Positions 1 through 10,189 of a stretch of 64,000 bases of DNA are shown piece by piece (the stretch's first letter is position 1; the number at the start of each line of letters is the position of its first letter). The DNA comes from Thermoplasmatota archaeon (GTDB lineage Archaea > Thermoplasmatota > E2 > DHVEG-1): positions 6,948 to 70,947 of the forward strand of contig JAWABU010000002.1 in NCBI GenBank assembly GCA_038884455.1, read 5' to 3'. The position numbers and the translations under genes are program-made. The notes below the pieces were generated by a model, which ran no database searches, was not told the DNA's origin, and saw only the letters and a program-made list of their open reading frames with translations.

Positions 1-413
1 GATTGCCATATTGGAACGTAATCTTGCATATCTAATGTAATATCGATTTTACCAGGTAATACTGACACAATTACCTTTGTATCTGATGTTACCTGTATCA
101 TTCCCTCTTCAATCCTATATGGACCTAGTTTTGTTGCAGTATAATGATATGTATCCCCATTTACATAAAAAGTTACTGCTCCATATTCTCCAGGTGTACT
201 TGTTTGCGTTCCAATACCTTCGACAGCAATTGTAACTCCACCAGGTATTGTTTCAAAAACTAATGCATAAGCTAAGGGCTGTTCACTAGCTTTTAGAGGG
301 ATATTAACAAAAGTCGCTATCAACAAAACAAATACACCAGATATAAAAAAATATTTTTTAAAAAATTTTATGCCTCTAGTCTTTTTAAAAAAATACTTAG
401 CGGTTCCATTCAT
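1..413 (-). CDS. Partial CDS (N-terminus in window, runs off left edge): secreted or membrane-anchored hypothetical protein
   Basis: Own minus-strand translation from ATG (413-411): MNGTAKYFFKKTRGIKFFKKYFFISGVFVLLIATFVNIPLKASEQP... It has a basic N-terminus plus one hydrophobic helix and stays open to position 1. It is absent from the ORF track because it is truncated. Confidence 0.5.
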   Translation of the reverse strand, partial: MNGTAKYFFKKTRGIKFFKKYFFISGVFVLLIATFVNIPLKASEQPLAYALVFETIPGGVTIAVEGIGTQTSTPGEYGAVTFYVNGDTYHYTATKLGPYRIEEGMIQVTSDTKVIVSVLPGKIDITLDMQDYVPIWQ

Positions 414-682
414 ATTTTTTCCTCCATTTTTATAAATAATATAATATTATTATTTTATAATATATATACTTTTTTACAAAACTCTAAAAATAAGAAAAAA
501 TTCACTCCAGAGGCGAATATACCAATAATCACTTTCATTAACCTTAACCATTATAAAAATAAAGCTTCAGAGACTCCATATGAGTTCAAGTATCCCTATT
601 CTTTTGGATTTTTTTCATAAATCGTCAGCACAATCTTTTAATAGTAAGACTCGATAAAAGGAATCTCGGGACGAGGCATTCA

Positions 683-1210
683 ATGAGTATTGTTGATCTC
701 ACATCAATGGCCGGGCCGCAAACAGAACAACGCAAAGAAATCAACGAACGGCTGCAGAAACTCAAAAACGAGATTTCAGAATATTGTTTTCAATGTGCAA
801 AATGTACCGCAGGATGTGAAGCGCATAAACTTTTAGAACTTGAACCGCATAAAATCGTTGCATTGTTAAAACGTGGTCTGATCGATGAGATGGTCAACTC
901 AGAGGTCATCTGGACGTGTATGACGTGTTATAAATGCTGGGAACGATGCCCGCAGAAAGTTGCTCCTGTTCAAATTCTGTTCAGCTTAAAAAACATGGCG
1001 GTTGCAAGCGGTAAACAAATACCGGGTAAATACACCGCGATGCTGCAATCAATTATGACCATGGGTCTTATCCAAGATATTCAAGAGGTACGTACAAAAA
1101 AGAATGAATCAATAAAACGTGAAAGCCTTGGGTTGCCATCGTTGTCAAAACCAAAGGATGTTACGAAATTTCAAATGGGTTTAACCAAAGTAGCTGTTGA
1201 AAAACTCTAG
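683..1210 (+). CDS. hdrC: Heterodisulfide reductase subunit C (HdrC-like, 2x[4Fe-4S])
   Basis: Two ferredoxin motifs, CFQCAKCTAGCE and CMTCYKCWERCPQ. It is 175 aa and lies directly upstream of hdrB. Confidence 0.85.
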   Translation: MSIVDLTSMAGPQTEQRKEINERLQKLKNEISEYCFQCAKCTAGCEAHKLLELEPHKIVALLKRGLIDEMVNSEVIWTCMTCYKCWERCPQKVAPVQILFSLKNMAVASGKQIPGKYTAMLQSIMTMGLIQDIQEVRTKKNESIKRESLGLPSLSKPKDVTKFQMGLTKVAVEKL

Positions 1211-1213
1211 CGA

Positions 1214-2110
1214 ATGCTTATGAAAAAGAAATATGTATTATATCCTGGCTGTTTGATGCCAACGGAACAATACGCATACGAACTCTCACTTCGGGAGATC
1301 TTACCAGTTTTTGACATAGAACTTGTTGATATCGATGGTTTTTCGTGCTGTGGTGAACCAATGAAAAGTGTGAACCAGCTGTTAACAGTATCACTTGCAG
1401 CTCGAAATCTTGCGATTGCTGAATCTGAAAAACGTGACCTGTTTGTTCCCTGTTCAATGTGTCATCTTTCTCTTTCTGAATGTCAACGTATCCTAAAAAC
1501 CGATGAATCCTTGAAACAACGCATTAACACAGTTCTTGCTGAGGAAGGTCTCATCTATCATGGATCACATCAGATTGTTCATACGGTTGAGCTGTTCTAT
1601 GATCATATTGGCCTTGACAGAATAAAAGAAAAAGTCAAACACCCACTCACCGGGTTGAAACTGGTGACGCATCCGGGTTGTCATCTCATCAGGCCTAGTG
1701 AGGTTGGACGACCTGATCATGCAGAAAACCCGCAAAAAATGGAAAAAATTATAGAAGCACTCGGTGCACAACCGGTCCATTATTATCCGCAGAAACTTGA
1801 TTGTTGTGGTGCACCGTTGCTTGCAAATCTTCCTGAATCAGCACTCACGAAAACCGGGCAGAAACTTGCTGCTATCCAACAACAAGGCTACGATGGCGTG
1901 GTTGATGTCTGTCCCTGGTGTCATAAGATGATGGATGCTCGGCAAACGAAAGCTGGTGAGACTGTTGCAGCACAACTGGATCTGCCGGTTGTCTATCTTA
2001 CACAGCTTATTGGTCTTGCACTGGGTATTTCATCTGAGAAACTTGGTTTACAGTTGAACCTAAGTCCTGTTGAAAAACTCAAACCAGCTGAGAAAAAGAA
2101 GGAGACCTGA
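1214..2110 (+). CDS. hdrB: Heterodisulfide reductase subunit B (HdrB, two CCG domains)
   Basis: First CCG signature is C13-x31-C45C46(GEP)-x33-C80-x2-C83. A second CCG signature is present (HPGCH...LDCCGAPLL...VCPWCH). The gap to hdrC is 3 nt. Confidence 0.85.
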   Translation: MLMKKKYVLYPGCLMPTEQYAYELSLREILPVFDIELVDIDGFSCCGEPMKSVNQLLTVSLAARNLAIAESEKRDLFVPCSMCHLSLSECQRILKTDESLKQRINTVLAEEGLIYHGSHQIVHTVELFYDHIGLDRIKEKVKHPLTGLKLVTHPGCHLIRPSEVGRPDHAENPQKMEKIIEALGAQPVHYYPQKLDCCGAPLLANLPESALTKTGQKLAAIQQQGYDGVVDVCPWCHKMMDARQTKAGETVAAQLDLPVVYLTQLIGLALGISSEKLGLQLNLSPVEKLKPAEKKKET

Positions 2111-4068
2111 TGCGGCGAATCGGTGTGTTCATCTGTCATTGTGGAATCAACATTGCTCATACGGTTGATGTTGAAAAGCTCACCAAGTATGCAGCAACTC
2201 TTGATAGTGTTGTGGTTGCAAAACAGTACAAGTATATGTGTTCTGATGTTGGAGCAACCTTGATTAAAGATACGATTAAAGAGCATAAACTTGATGGTGT
2301 GGTGATTGCTTCATGTTCTCCAAGGATGCATGAGCATACGTTTCGAAAAGTTGCTAGTGACGGTGGTGTGAACCCGTATAGAATTGAGATAGTAAATATC
2401 CGTGAACAATGCTCTTGGGCGCATACCGATAAAGAAAAAGCAACAGAAAAAGCACAAGCATTGGTTCGAAGCGCAGTTGCAAAAGCAAAACTTTTGGAAC
2501 CTTTAAAAACCTCAAAAGTGCCTGTGATACCAAAAGCATTAGTTATTGGAGCTGGGATCGCTGGTATCCAAGCTGCTCTTGATCTGGCAAATGATGGTTT
2601 TCATGTGTATCTCGTGGAACGTGAACCAAGCATCGGCGGGCATATGAGTCAACTTGATAAAACATTTCCAACCCTTGACTGTTCATCCTGTATTCTGACT
2701 CCGAAAATGATGGAGGTTGCTAATCATGCAAACATTGAGTTATTCACCTACTCTGAGGTTGCCGCACTTGAAGGAAGCATCGGGAATTACACCGTAAAAA
2801 TCCGGAAAAAACCAAGGTACGTTGATGTCACCAAATGCACAGGATGTAACGACTGTGCTCAGGCATGCCGTATGAAAGGTCATGTAAGTGATGATTTTAA
2901 TATGCATCTGGGAAAACGCAGTGCAATATACATGCCGTTTCCCCAGGCAGTACCTTTGAAATGCACGATTGATCCAAAGCATTGTTTGATGATCACTCGG
3001 GGTAAATGCGGTGATGAACCACTGTGTGTGAAAGCCTGTGCGCAGGGTGCTATTGATTTTACTCAAAAAGAAGAAACTGTCGACATCAATGTTGGTGCAA
3101 TTATTGTTGCAACTGGATATGATCTTATGGATCCAAGCATGCTGTATGAGTATAGTTATGATCATGCACCTGATGTGATTACAACTCTTGAACTGGAACG
3201 ACTCATCAGCTCCTCAGGTCCAACCAAAGGAGAAATACTTCGGCCAAGTGATCAGCAGAAACCAAAAAGTATAAGCTTTATCCTCTGTGTTGGGTCTCGT
3301 GATGAAAACCAATGCAGTTGGTGCTGCCGGATTGGGTGTATGAGTGCACTCAAACATGTGTATCTGCTGCGGGAAAAACTTGGTGAGGATGTTGAAATCA
3401 ACCTGTGTTATACCGATATCAGATCCTATGGTAAAGGCTATGAGGAGTTCTACCGGAAAATCAGAGGACAAAAAATTAACATGTTCCGTGGACGCCCCTC
3501 AGAGATACGAGATGAAAAAAACTATCTCAAGTTTGACATTTTTGATACCATGACCAATAAACTCTTTGAGATTACTACTGATCTTGTGGTTCTTGTCCCA
3601 GCAGTAGTTCCTCGTGACGACGCAAAGGAACTTGCACGAATGCTCAACCTCACCCAAAGCGGAGATGGTTTTCTCCTTGAAGCGCATCCAAAACTACGAC
3701 CCATGGATACATTTGTGAATGGTATTTTTATTGCAGGCTGCTGCCAGGGACCAAAAGACATTCAAGATACCGTGTCCCAAGCAAGTGGCGCTGCATCACG
3801 AGCTGCAACGATTCTTTCACAAAAAGAACTGGAAATCGATCCGCTCATCGCAGCAGTTGATGAAGACATCTGCACCGGCTGCGGTTTATGTGTTGATATC
3901 TGTCCCTATGAAGCGCGAACACTTAACAAAAAATCAAAGATTGCAGAAGTCAACGAAGCACTCTGTTTAGGGTGTGGTGCATGTATTGTTGCTTGTCCAA
4001 GTCATGCATCGATTCATAAAAATTTTACAAAAAAACAACTCCTCAACATGGTTGATGAAATCATCTAA
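2110..4068 (+). CDS. hdrA: Heterodisulfide reductase subunit A (canonical-length HdrA, FAD and multiple FeS)
   Basis: N-terminal domain [19 protein letters not shown]; Rossmann motif VIGAGIAGIQAALDLA; LDKTFPTLDCSSC; inserted ferredoxin CTGCNDCAQAC; CVGSRDENQCSWCC. The C-terminus carries CTGCGLCVDICP and CLGCGACIVACP. The start overlaps the hdrB stop (TGATG at 2108-2112). Confidence 0.9.
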   Translation: MRRIGVFICHCGINIAHTVDVEKLTKYAATLDSVVVAKQYKYMCSDVGATLIKDTIKEHKLDGVVIASCSPRMHEHTFRKVASDGGVNPYRIEIVNIREQCSWAHTDKEKATEKAQALVRSAVAKAKLLEPLKTSKVPVIPKALVIGAGIAGIQAALDLANDGFHVYLVEREPSIGGHMSQLDKTFPTLDCSSCILTPKMMEVANHANIELFTYSEVAALEGSIGNYTVKIRKKPRYVDVTKCTGCNDCAQACRMKGHVSDDFNMHLGKRSAIYMPFPQAVPLKCTIDPKHCLMITRGKCGDEPLCVKACAQGAIDFTQKEETVDINVGAIIVATGYDLMDPSMLYEYSYDHAPDVITTLELERLISSSGPTKGEILRPSDQQKPKSISFILCVGSRDENQCSWCCRIGCMSALKHVYLLREKLGEDVEINLCYTDIRSYGKGYEEFYRKIRGQKINMFRGRPSEIRDEKNYLKFDIFDTMTNKLFEITTDLVVLVPAVVPRDDAKELARMLNLTQSGDGFLLEAHPKLRPMDTFVNGIFIAGCCQGPKDIQDTVSQASGAASRAATILSQKELEIDPLIAAVDEDICTGCGLCVDICPYEARTLNKKSKIAEVNEALCLGCGACIVACPSHASIHKNFTKKQLLNMVDEII

Positions 4069-4085
4069 AAAAAGGTTTCATACGT

Positions 4086-7000
4086 ATGGCAAAGAAAAAA
4101 ACAACATCATCTGATTCCTCTGCAAAACACGGCTCAGTTCTTGTTATTGGTGGTGGTATCTCAGGGATACAATCAGCTCTTGATCTTGCTGATGCTGGTT
4201 TCAAAGTCTACCTTGTTGAACGAGGGCTGAGTATCGGCGGGACGATGACGCAGCTTGATAAAACCTTTCCCACCAATGATTGTGCAATGTGTATTCTTGC
4301 ACCAAAACTCGTCTACACCGGTAGACATGAAAACATACAAATCATGACGAATGCAGAAGTAACAAGCTTGTCTGGTGATGTTGGAGATTTCCAGGTAACT
4401 ATCACGAAACATCCACGATTTGTTGATCTTGAGAAATGCAATGGATGTGGTGACTGTGTTGAACACTGTCCAGTCAATATTCTTTCAGAGTTTGATGAAG
4501 GGCTTTCGTGTCATAAAGCGATATATCAACAGTTTCCTCAGGCAATTCCAAATGTTTTTGCGATTGCGAAAACCGATGAGGTTTCACCCTGTAAAATCGC
4601 ATGTCCTGCTGGGCTGAATGCTCATGGTTTTATAGCTCTTGCCGGGCAGAAAAAGTTTGCAGAAGCATTCGAACTCATTAAGGATCGCATACCGCTGCCT
4701 GGTTCACTTGGTCGTATTTGTTATCATCCCTGTGAAACTGAATGTAACCGGAAAGATATCGATGAGTCCATCTCAATTTGTAAGATACGACGATTTGTTG
4801 CTGATTATATTTATGAACACCCTGAGGAACATCAAACATATCTAAAACTCCTTACTGAAAAACAACAAGCACAAGATAACAAGAAACGAGGGAATAATCA
4901 GAAAATAGCAATTATTGGTGCTGGACCAGCTGGTCTAACCGCTGCTTATGATCTTGGTAAACTTGGTTATAAACCAGTTATTTTTGAAGAAGAAAAATAC
5001 AGCGGTGGGATGCTTCGCTATGGTGTTCCTGATTATCGTCTTCCCCGAGATTACTTGAAAAAAGAAATCGAATTGCTCTGTAGCGAGGCTAACATTGAAA
5101 TTAAAAATAACCAGAAACTCGGTAGAGATTTTACGATAAAAGATTTGAAAAACCAAGGTTTCAAAGCAATCTTTCTTGCGATTGGAGCCCACAAAGGAAA
5201 AGCAGTTGATTTCGAATGCTCCCCCGAGTTGAAAAACAACATATTCCAAGGTGTTGAATATCTTGAACAACTCAACCGCGATATGATCGCACCTGATTAT
5301 TTCAAAGGGAAAAAAATCGTAGTAATTGGTGGTGGAAATGTTGCAATGGATGCAGCACGAACTACTCGACGTCTTGGTGCAGATGTCGAAGTTGTGTATC
5401 GAAGAACCATCAATGAGATGCCCGCGCATAAAGAAGAAATCAGACAAGCACAGGAAGAAGGAATCACGTTTACTTTTCTTACCGCACCACTTCGGTTTTT
5501 GAAAAAAGAAAAAACAACCTGTGTTGAATGTGTGCACATGGAGCTTGGGGAGCCTGACAGTAGCGGTCGACGTAGACCTGTTGAGATCAAAGGGTCAAAC
5601 TTTGATATTACCAGTGATTATGTGATTTTTGCGATTGGACAGGAAACCGATCAAAAACTCTTAGAGAATGAAGATATCAAACTCACCTCAAAAGGGTTCA
5701 TTGAGGTTGATCCAGTTACCCTGCAGACGTCGCAACCAGGTGTGTTTGCCGGTGGTGATGCTGTACTTGGACCAGCATCAGCTGTCGAAGCAATAGCTGC
5801 TGGTCATGAAGCTGCAATCTCGATTGATCGGTACCTCAACAATGAGGATGTACGGGCAGGACGTGAAAAAACAAAACCAAAATCAGCATCAATTCCAAAA
5901 ACTGCATTACGAATTCCCATTAACCGAGAACAGACAACCTTGCGTTCACCTCTTGAACGAATTAAAAATTTCCAAGAAGTTGATCAAGGTTTAACGATTG
6001 ATCAAGTACTCCGAGAAACACATCGATGTTTGAATTGTTCAGGATGCTGTGACTGCAAACAATGCGTTGTATACTGCAGCAGGAATGCCATTGATCATAC
6101 TATGAAACCATCAACAGAAACCATCTCTGTTGGTGCAGTGATCATCTCACCAGGTTTTGAGAAATACCATCCAAAAAAAGGAGATAGCCTTGGATACCAA
6201 GTGTACCCAAATGTCGTAACAAGTATCGAGTTTGAACGGATGCTTTCAGCATCAGGACCGTACAAAGGTCATATTCAGCGAATCTCAGATGGCAAAACGC
6301 CAAAGAAAATCGCCTGGCTGCAATGCGTAGGAAGTAGAGATGAAAGTTGTGACCGGAACTACTGCTCCTCAGTATGCTGTATGTATGCAACCAAAGAAGC
6401 AGTGATTGCACAAGAACATGAACCCTCTCTCACCACGCATATTTATTTCATGGATATGCGGAGTTTCGGAAAGGATTTTGAAAAGTACTTTACCCGCGCT
6501 GAGCAAGAGCATCACGTTGTATATCGACGATGCAGAATTCCGCACGTTGAACAAGATCGTGAGACGAAAAATTTGATTATTCAATATGTTGACGAGGCGG
6601 GTAATCTGCAACAAGAAACCTACGATATGGTGGTTTTGTCGGTCGGACTGCAGCCGTGCAAAGCAATAGCTGATCTTGGAAAAATTCTTGATGTAAATCT
6701 AAATGCCTACGGCTTTGTTGAAACACAACCATTTATGCAAACAGTAACCTCACGACCAGGAGTGTATGCTTCTGGGACGGTTACTGAACCAAAGGACATC
6801 CCTGAGAGTGTAACTCAGGCTTCAGCTGCTGCTGCATGTGTAGCTAAAGATATCAGTTGTGTTCGTGGTACTGAAATTGTTGAAAAAACTTATCCTGCTG
6901 AGCTCGATGTGAAAAACGAAGGAGTACGTATCGGTGTTTTTATCTGTCACTGTGGGATTAACATCAGTGGCGTGATTGATGTCAAAAAAGTAGTCAGTGA

Positions 7001-8594
7001 GACGCAGAAATGTCCCAATGTTGTGTATGTTGAGGACAGTATTTTTACTTGTTCTCAGGACACTCAAGAGCGCATCAAAGAAAAAATAAAAGAACATAAT
7101 CTCAACCGCATTGTTATTGCTTCATGTACGCCACGTACTCATGAACCACTCTTTCAGGATACGCTCAAGCAAGCAGGTTTAAATCCGCATTTATTTGAAA
7201 TGGCAAATCTCCGTGATCAAAACAGCTGGGTACATAAAAATAATCCAAAGGAAGCGACAAGAAAAGCTGTTGATTCAGTTCGAATGGCAGTTGCAAAAGC
7301 ACAAGAACTGTACCCTGTACATCATCTTCAGATACCAGTTGTTCCTCAAGCACTCATCATCGGAGGCGGTATCGCAGGTATGACCGCTGCACTTGCAATT
7401 GCTGACCAAGGATACCAAGTTTTTCTAGTTGAAAAAGAATCGTGCCTCGGCGGTCAACTTAAGAATATTTACTTTGGTATCCATGATGAAGAACCACAAC
7501 GATTTTTACAGCAAACCATAGAGCAGGTGACCACGCATGATAAAATAAAAGTTTTTACAGACACAGTTGTTGAGAAAGTTTCTGGATACGTCGGAAATTT
7601 TAAAACGAGTATTCGAACAAAAGGTAAAAAAACAGGTGAGCAGCTTGACCATGGCATCATTGTTGTTGCAACCGGTGGATTACCCTATGAACCGTCAGAG
7701 TATTGCTATAAAAAAACGCAGGATATCATCACGCAAACTGAATTTGAAAAAGATCTGTTCGATAAAAAACCGTACTTAAAAGATCTCAAGGAAGTTGTGA
7801 TGATTCAATGTGTTGGTTCACGAAACAATGATCATCCGTACTGTAGCAGGATTTGCTGTTCACAAGCAGTAAAAAATGCTCTCGTCTTAAAAAAACAAAA
7901 CCCTGCTGCTGCGATTTATGTACTCTACCGCGATATTAGAACGTATGGTTTCCGTGAAGACTCATTGTACAGAAAAGCTCGACAACAAGGAATATTGTTT
8001 GTTCATTTCAACGAAAAAGAAGAACCAAAAGTAACTGTTTCAGAGGGAAAAATCAGTGTTACCATCAAAGAGCATCTTCTTGGTCGGGAACTACATCTCC
8101 ACCCAGATAAACTGATCCTCAGCACGGGTGTTGTCCCTCAGGAAAACACACTGCTTGCCCAACAGTTAAAAGTCCCACTCACAGAAGATGGATTTTATGC
8201 AGAGGCACATGTGAAACTCAGACCTGTTGATTTCTCAGCAGATGGCATGTTTCTCTGTGGTCTTGCACATTCACCTCGCTTTATTGAAGAATCAGTAGTA
8301 CAAGCACAAGCAGCTGGTGCTCGAGCAGCAACGATTCTTTCAAAAAAATATCTTGAAACTAAAGGAAACATTGCTCGCATCCGAAACCGTAATTGTGTTG
8401 GTTGCAAGCAATGTATTGAGATTTGCCCGTATGATGCGATCAGCTTTGATGAGGAGAAAAAAATCGCAGTGGTGAATGAAATTCTTTGTCAAGGCTGTGG
8501 TGCATGTGCAACGATTTGTCCAAGTGGCACTTCACAGCAGAATACGTTTACTAAAAAACAGATTGTATCTATGATTGATGCATGTTTGGAGTAG
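4086..8594 (+). CDS. Giant HdrA-family fusion (1502 aa): HdrA-like module 1 interrupted by a GltD/NfnB-type NAD(P)H:FAD oxidoreductase module, then HdrA-like module 2 with C-terminal 2x[4Fe-4S] (HdrL-like)
   Basis: Module 1: [41 protein letters not shown]. GltD-like part: [58 protein letters not shown]. Module 1 resumes with [13 protein letters not shown] and [19 protein letters not shown]. Module 2: [70 protein letters not shown]. Confidence 0.85.
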   Translation: MAKKKTTSSDSSAKHGSVLVIGGGISGIQSALDLADAGFKVYLVERGLSIGGTMTQLDKTFPTNDCAMCILAPKLVYTGRHENIQIMTNAEVTSLSGDVGDFQVTITKHPRFVDLEKCNGCGDCVEHCPVNILSEFDEGLSCHKAIYQQFPQAIPNVFAIAKTDEVSPCKIACPAGLNAHGFIALAGQKKFAEAFELIKDRIPLPGSLGRICYHPCETECNRKDIDESISICKIRRFVADYIYEHPEEHQTYLKLLTEKQQAQDNKKRGNNQKIAIIGAGPAGLTAAYDLGKLGYKPVIFEEEKYSGGMLRYGVPDYRLPRDYLKKEIELLCSEANIEIKNNQKLGRDFTIKDLKNQGFKAIFLAIGAHKGKAVDFECSPELKNNIFQGVEYLEQLNRDMIAPDYFKGKKIVVIGGGNVAMDAARTTRRLGADVEVVYRRTINEMPAHKEEIRQAQEEGITFTFLTAPLRFLKKEKTTCVECVHMELGEPDSSGRRRPVEIKGSNFDITSDYVIFAIGQETDQKLLENEDIKLTSKGFIEVDPVTLQTSQPGVFAGGDAVLGPASAVEAIAAGHEAAISIDRYLNNEDVRAGREKTKPKSASIPKTALRIPINREQTTLRSPLERIKNFQEVDQGLTIDQVLRETHRCLNCSGCCDCKQCVVYCSRNAIDHTMKPSTETISVGAVIISPGFEKYHPKKGDSLGYQVYPNVVTSIEFERMLSASGPYKGHIQRISDGKTPKKIAWLQCVGSRDESCDRNYCSSVCCMYATKEAVIAQEHEPSLTTHIYFMDMRSFGKDFEKYFTRAEQEHHVVYRRCRIPHVEQDRETKNLIIQYVDEAGNLQQETYDMVVLSVGLQPCKAIADLGKILDVNLNAYGFVETQPFMQTVTSRPGVYASGTVTEPKDIPESVTQASAAAACVAKDISCVRGTEIVEKTYPAELDVKNEGVRIGVFICHCGINISGVIDVKKVVSETQKCPNVVYVEDSIFTCSQDTQERIKEKIKEHNLNRIVIASCTPRTHEPLFQDTLKQAGLNPHLFEMANLRDQNSWVHKNNPKEATRKAVDSVRMAVAKAQELYPVHHLQIPVVPQALIIGGGIAGMTAALAIADQGYQVFLVEKESCLGGQLKNIYFGIHDEEPQRFLQQTIEQVTTHDKIKVFTDTVVEKVSGYVGNFKTSIRTKGKKTGEQLDHGIIVVATGGLPYEPSEYCYKKTQDIITQTEFEKDLFDKKPYLKDLKEVVMIQCVGSRNNDHPYCSRICCSQAVKNALVLKKQNPAAAIYVLYRDIRTYGFREDSLYRKARQQGILFVHFNEKEEPKVTVSEGKISVTIKEHLLGRELHLHPDKLILSTGVVPQENTLLAQQLKVPLTEDGFYAEAHVKLRPVDFSADGMFLCGLAHSPRFIEESVVQAQAAGARAATILSKKYLETKGNIARIRNRNCVGCKQCIEICPYDAISFDEEKKIAVVNEILCQGCGACATICPSGTSQQNTFTKKQIVSMIDACLE

Positions 8595-8601
8595 ATCATC
8601 T

Positions 8602-9048
8602 ATGAGTGAAGATAAAAACGAAAAGAAAAAAGAATTTGAACCAAAAATCGTTGGTTTTCTCTGCAACTGGTGTAGCTATGCTGGAGCAGATCTTGCAGGT
8701 ACGAGTCGTATCCAGTATCCCCCGAATATTAGAATTATTCGGGTGATGTGTTCAGGATCTGTCGATTCTATGTATATTCTCCGAGCATTACTTGAAGGTG
8801 CTGATGGTGTTTTTGTGGGCGGCTGTCATCCTGGTGACTGTCATTATCTTGATGGGAACTACAAAGCCAGACGACGTATGGTGCTGCTTAAGAATATTCT
8901 AACAACACTAGGCATTGAACCTGACCGTGTTTGGATTCGCTGGATATCAGCATCAGAAGGTCAAAAATTTGCAGAAACTATGAAAGATATGACTGAAACC
9001 ATTCGGAAACTTGGACCTAACCCAATACCGAAACATTGGAATCTCTGA
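8602..9048 (+). CDS. mvhD: MvhD/FlpD-like [2Fe-2S] electron-transfer subunit
   Basis: [15 protein letters not shown]...IRVMCSG...[10 protein letters not shown] is the MvhD signature. I prefer the ATG at 8602 ([10 protein letters not shown]), 7 nt after the upstream stop, to the track start at 8575, which overlaps the upstream gene. Confidence 0.85.
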   Translation: MSEDKNEKKKEFEPKIVGFLCNWCSYAGADLAGTSRIQYPPNIRIIRVMCSGSVDSMYILRALLEGADGVFVGGCHPGDCHYLDGNYKARRRMVLLKNILTTLGIEPDRVWIRWISASEGQKFAETMKDMTETIRKLGPNPIPKHWNL

Positions 9049-9061
9049 GGTGAAAAAAACT

Positions 9062-10186
9062 ATGCAACATGGTTTGTTAAAAATAAAAAACGATGATGTT
9101 TCTGAAACAGTCAATGAATTCTTAAGAGAACTGCTTGCATCAAAAAAGATTAGTGCATTGCTTGTTCCTCAGATGGTTCCCTCAAAGAAAACAGTATTTC
9201 CAGTTCTTATCTCTGATCCGAAAAAACTTTCAGCTGATGTTTTCGCACCGGTTCTTCCTGTATCAACAGCAACTATGGTGTCAAAGATAACGAAACATCA
9301 AGCGCCAAGCACGCCTATCGCGGTTGTTCTACATCCCTGTCAGATCCGTGCTCTTATCGAACTTACAAAACTGAATCAAGCACGTCTTGAAAACATCATA
9401 CTCATTGGTGTTGATTGTCTTGGTACCTATCCGGTTACAACCTATGCAGTGCTTGCTGAGAAAAAAAATCCAACCAAACAGATACTTGAAACACTTACAA
9501 AAAAAACAAGCGATACTGAAAGTAAGCTTCGAACAGCGTGCAAGGTATGTACTGAACCAATCCCAGGATACGCTGATATGAGTATTGGCTTGTATGGCAT
9601 GCATCTTGAAAAAGAAATCCTGATCCAAGCACATACTGATGCTGGAAAAAAACTTATCTCTGAAGTTACTCTTGAGGATGCACAAGATAAAATCAAACAT
9701 CGTGATCAAGTTGTTAAAAAAATTTGTGAAGAACGAGAAAAAGCAGTGCAAAGTTTTATACACGAGAAAGCAGGTAGTAAAGGAATTGAAGCACTCACTA
9801 AATTTTTTGATACCTGTAGTAACTGTCATAATTGTATGAAGGCTTGTCCGATTTGTTATTGTAAAGAATGTTTGTTTGATTCCTCGATTTTTGATGCAGA
9901 GGGAAATAAGTTTATCAGAAAAGCAGAACAGAAAGGTTTGTTTAAAATGCCCAGTGATGTACTCCTATTTCATGTAGGACGGATGAATCACATGATTCTC
10001 TCCTGTGTGAAATGCGGTCTTTGTGAGCAGGCTTGTCCAAGTCTGATTCCATTGATGGATATTTTTATTCCAGCTGCTGTGAATGCACAAAAAGAATTCA
10101 CGTATCATCCTGGTAAAGATAAAGATGAGAAAATCCCTATGATTGTGTATCGTGAAGATGAATATACTGATGTTGGAGAAGCGTAA
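9062..10186 (+). CDS. FrhB/FdhB-family flavo-iron-sulfur protein with C-terminal 2x[4Fe-4S]
   Basis: VLHPCQIRALIEL..LIGVDCLGTY and ACKVCTEPIPGYADMSIGLYG resemble FrhB/FdhB signatures (recalled from memory). The C-terminus has CSNCHNCMKACPICYCKEC and CVKCGLCEQACP. The ATG at 9062 is preceded by GAGGTGA (9047-9053). Confidence 0.7.
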   Translation: MQHGLLKIKNDDVSETVNEFLRELLASKKISALLVPQMVPSKKTVFPVLISDPKKLSADVFAPVLPVSTATMVSKITKHQAPSTPIAVVLHPCQIRALIELTKLNQARLENIILIGVDCLGTYPVTTYAVLAEKKNPTKQILETLTKKTSDTESKLRTACKVCTEPIPGYADMSIGLYGMHLEKEILIQAHTDAGKKLISEVTLEDAQDKIKHRDQVVKKICEEREKAVQSFIHEKAGSKGIEALTKFFDTCSNCHNCMKACPICYCKECLFDSSIFDAEGNKFIRKAEQKGLFKMPSDVLLFHVGRMNHMILSCVKCGLCEQACPSLIPLMDIFIPAAVNAQKEFTYHPGKDKDEKIPMIVYREDEYTDVGEA

Positions 10187-10189
10187 ACC

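Noticed and set aside
420-480. Very AT-rich, repeat-looking spacer (ATAATATAATATTATTATTTTATAATATATATA); a similar A/T tract lies at 20845-20935
   Set aside because: I checked these as a possible CRISPR leader or array, or a replication origin. There are no regularly spaced direct repeats and no ORB-like elements. They are consistent with divergent promoter and terminator spacers.
4935-5537. 200-aa antisense ORF inside the giant hdrA fusion. Similar antisense ORFs lie at 9329-9829, 37451-37891, 46197-46778 and 48240-48752.
   Set aside because: All lie opposite strongly supported coding frames and show F/I/N/K-rich antisense composition with no motifs.
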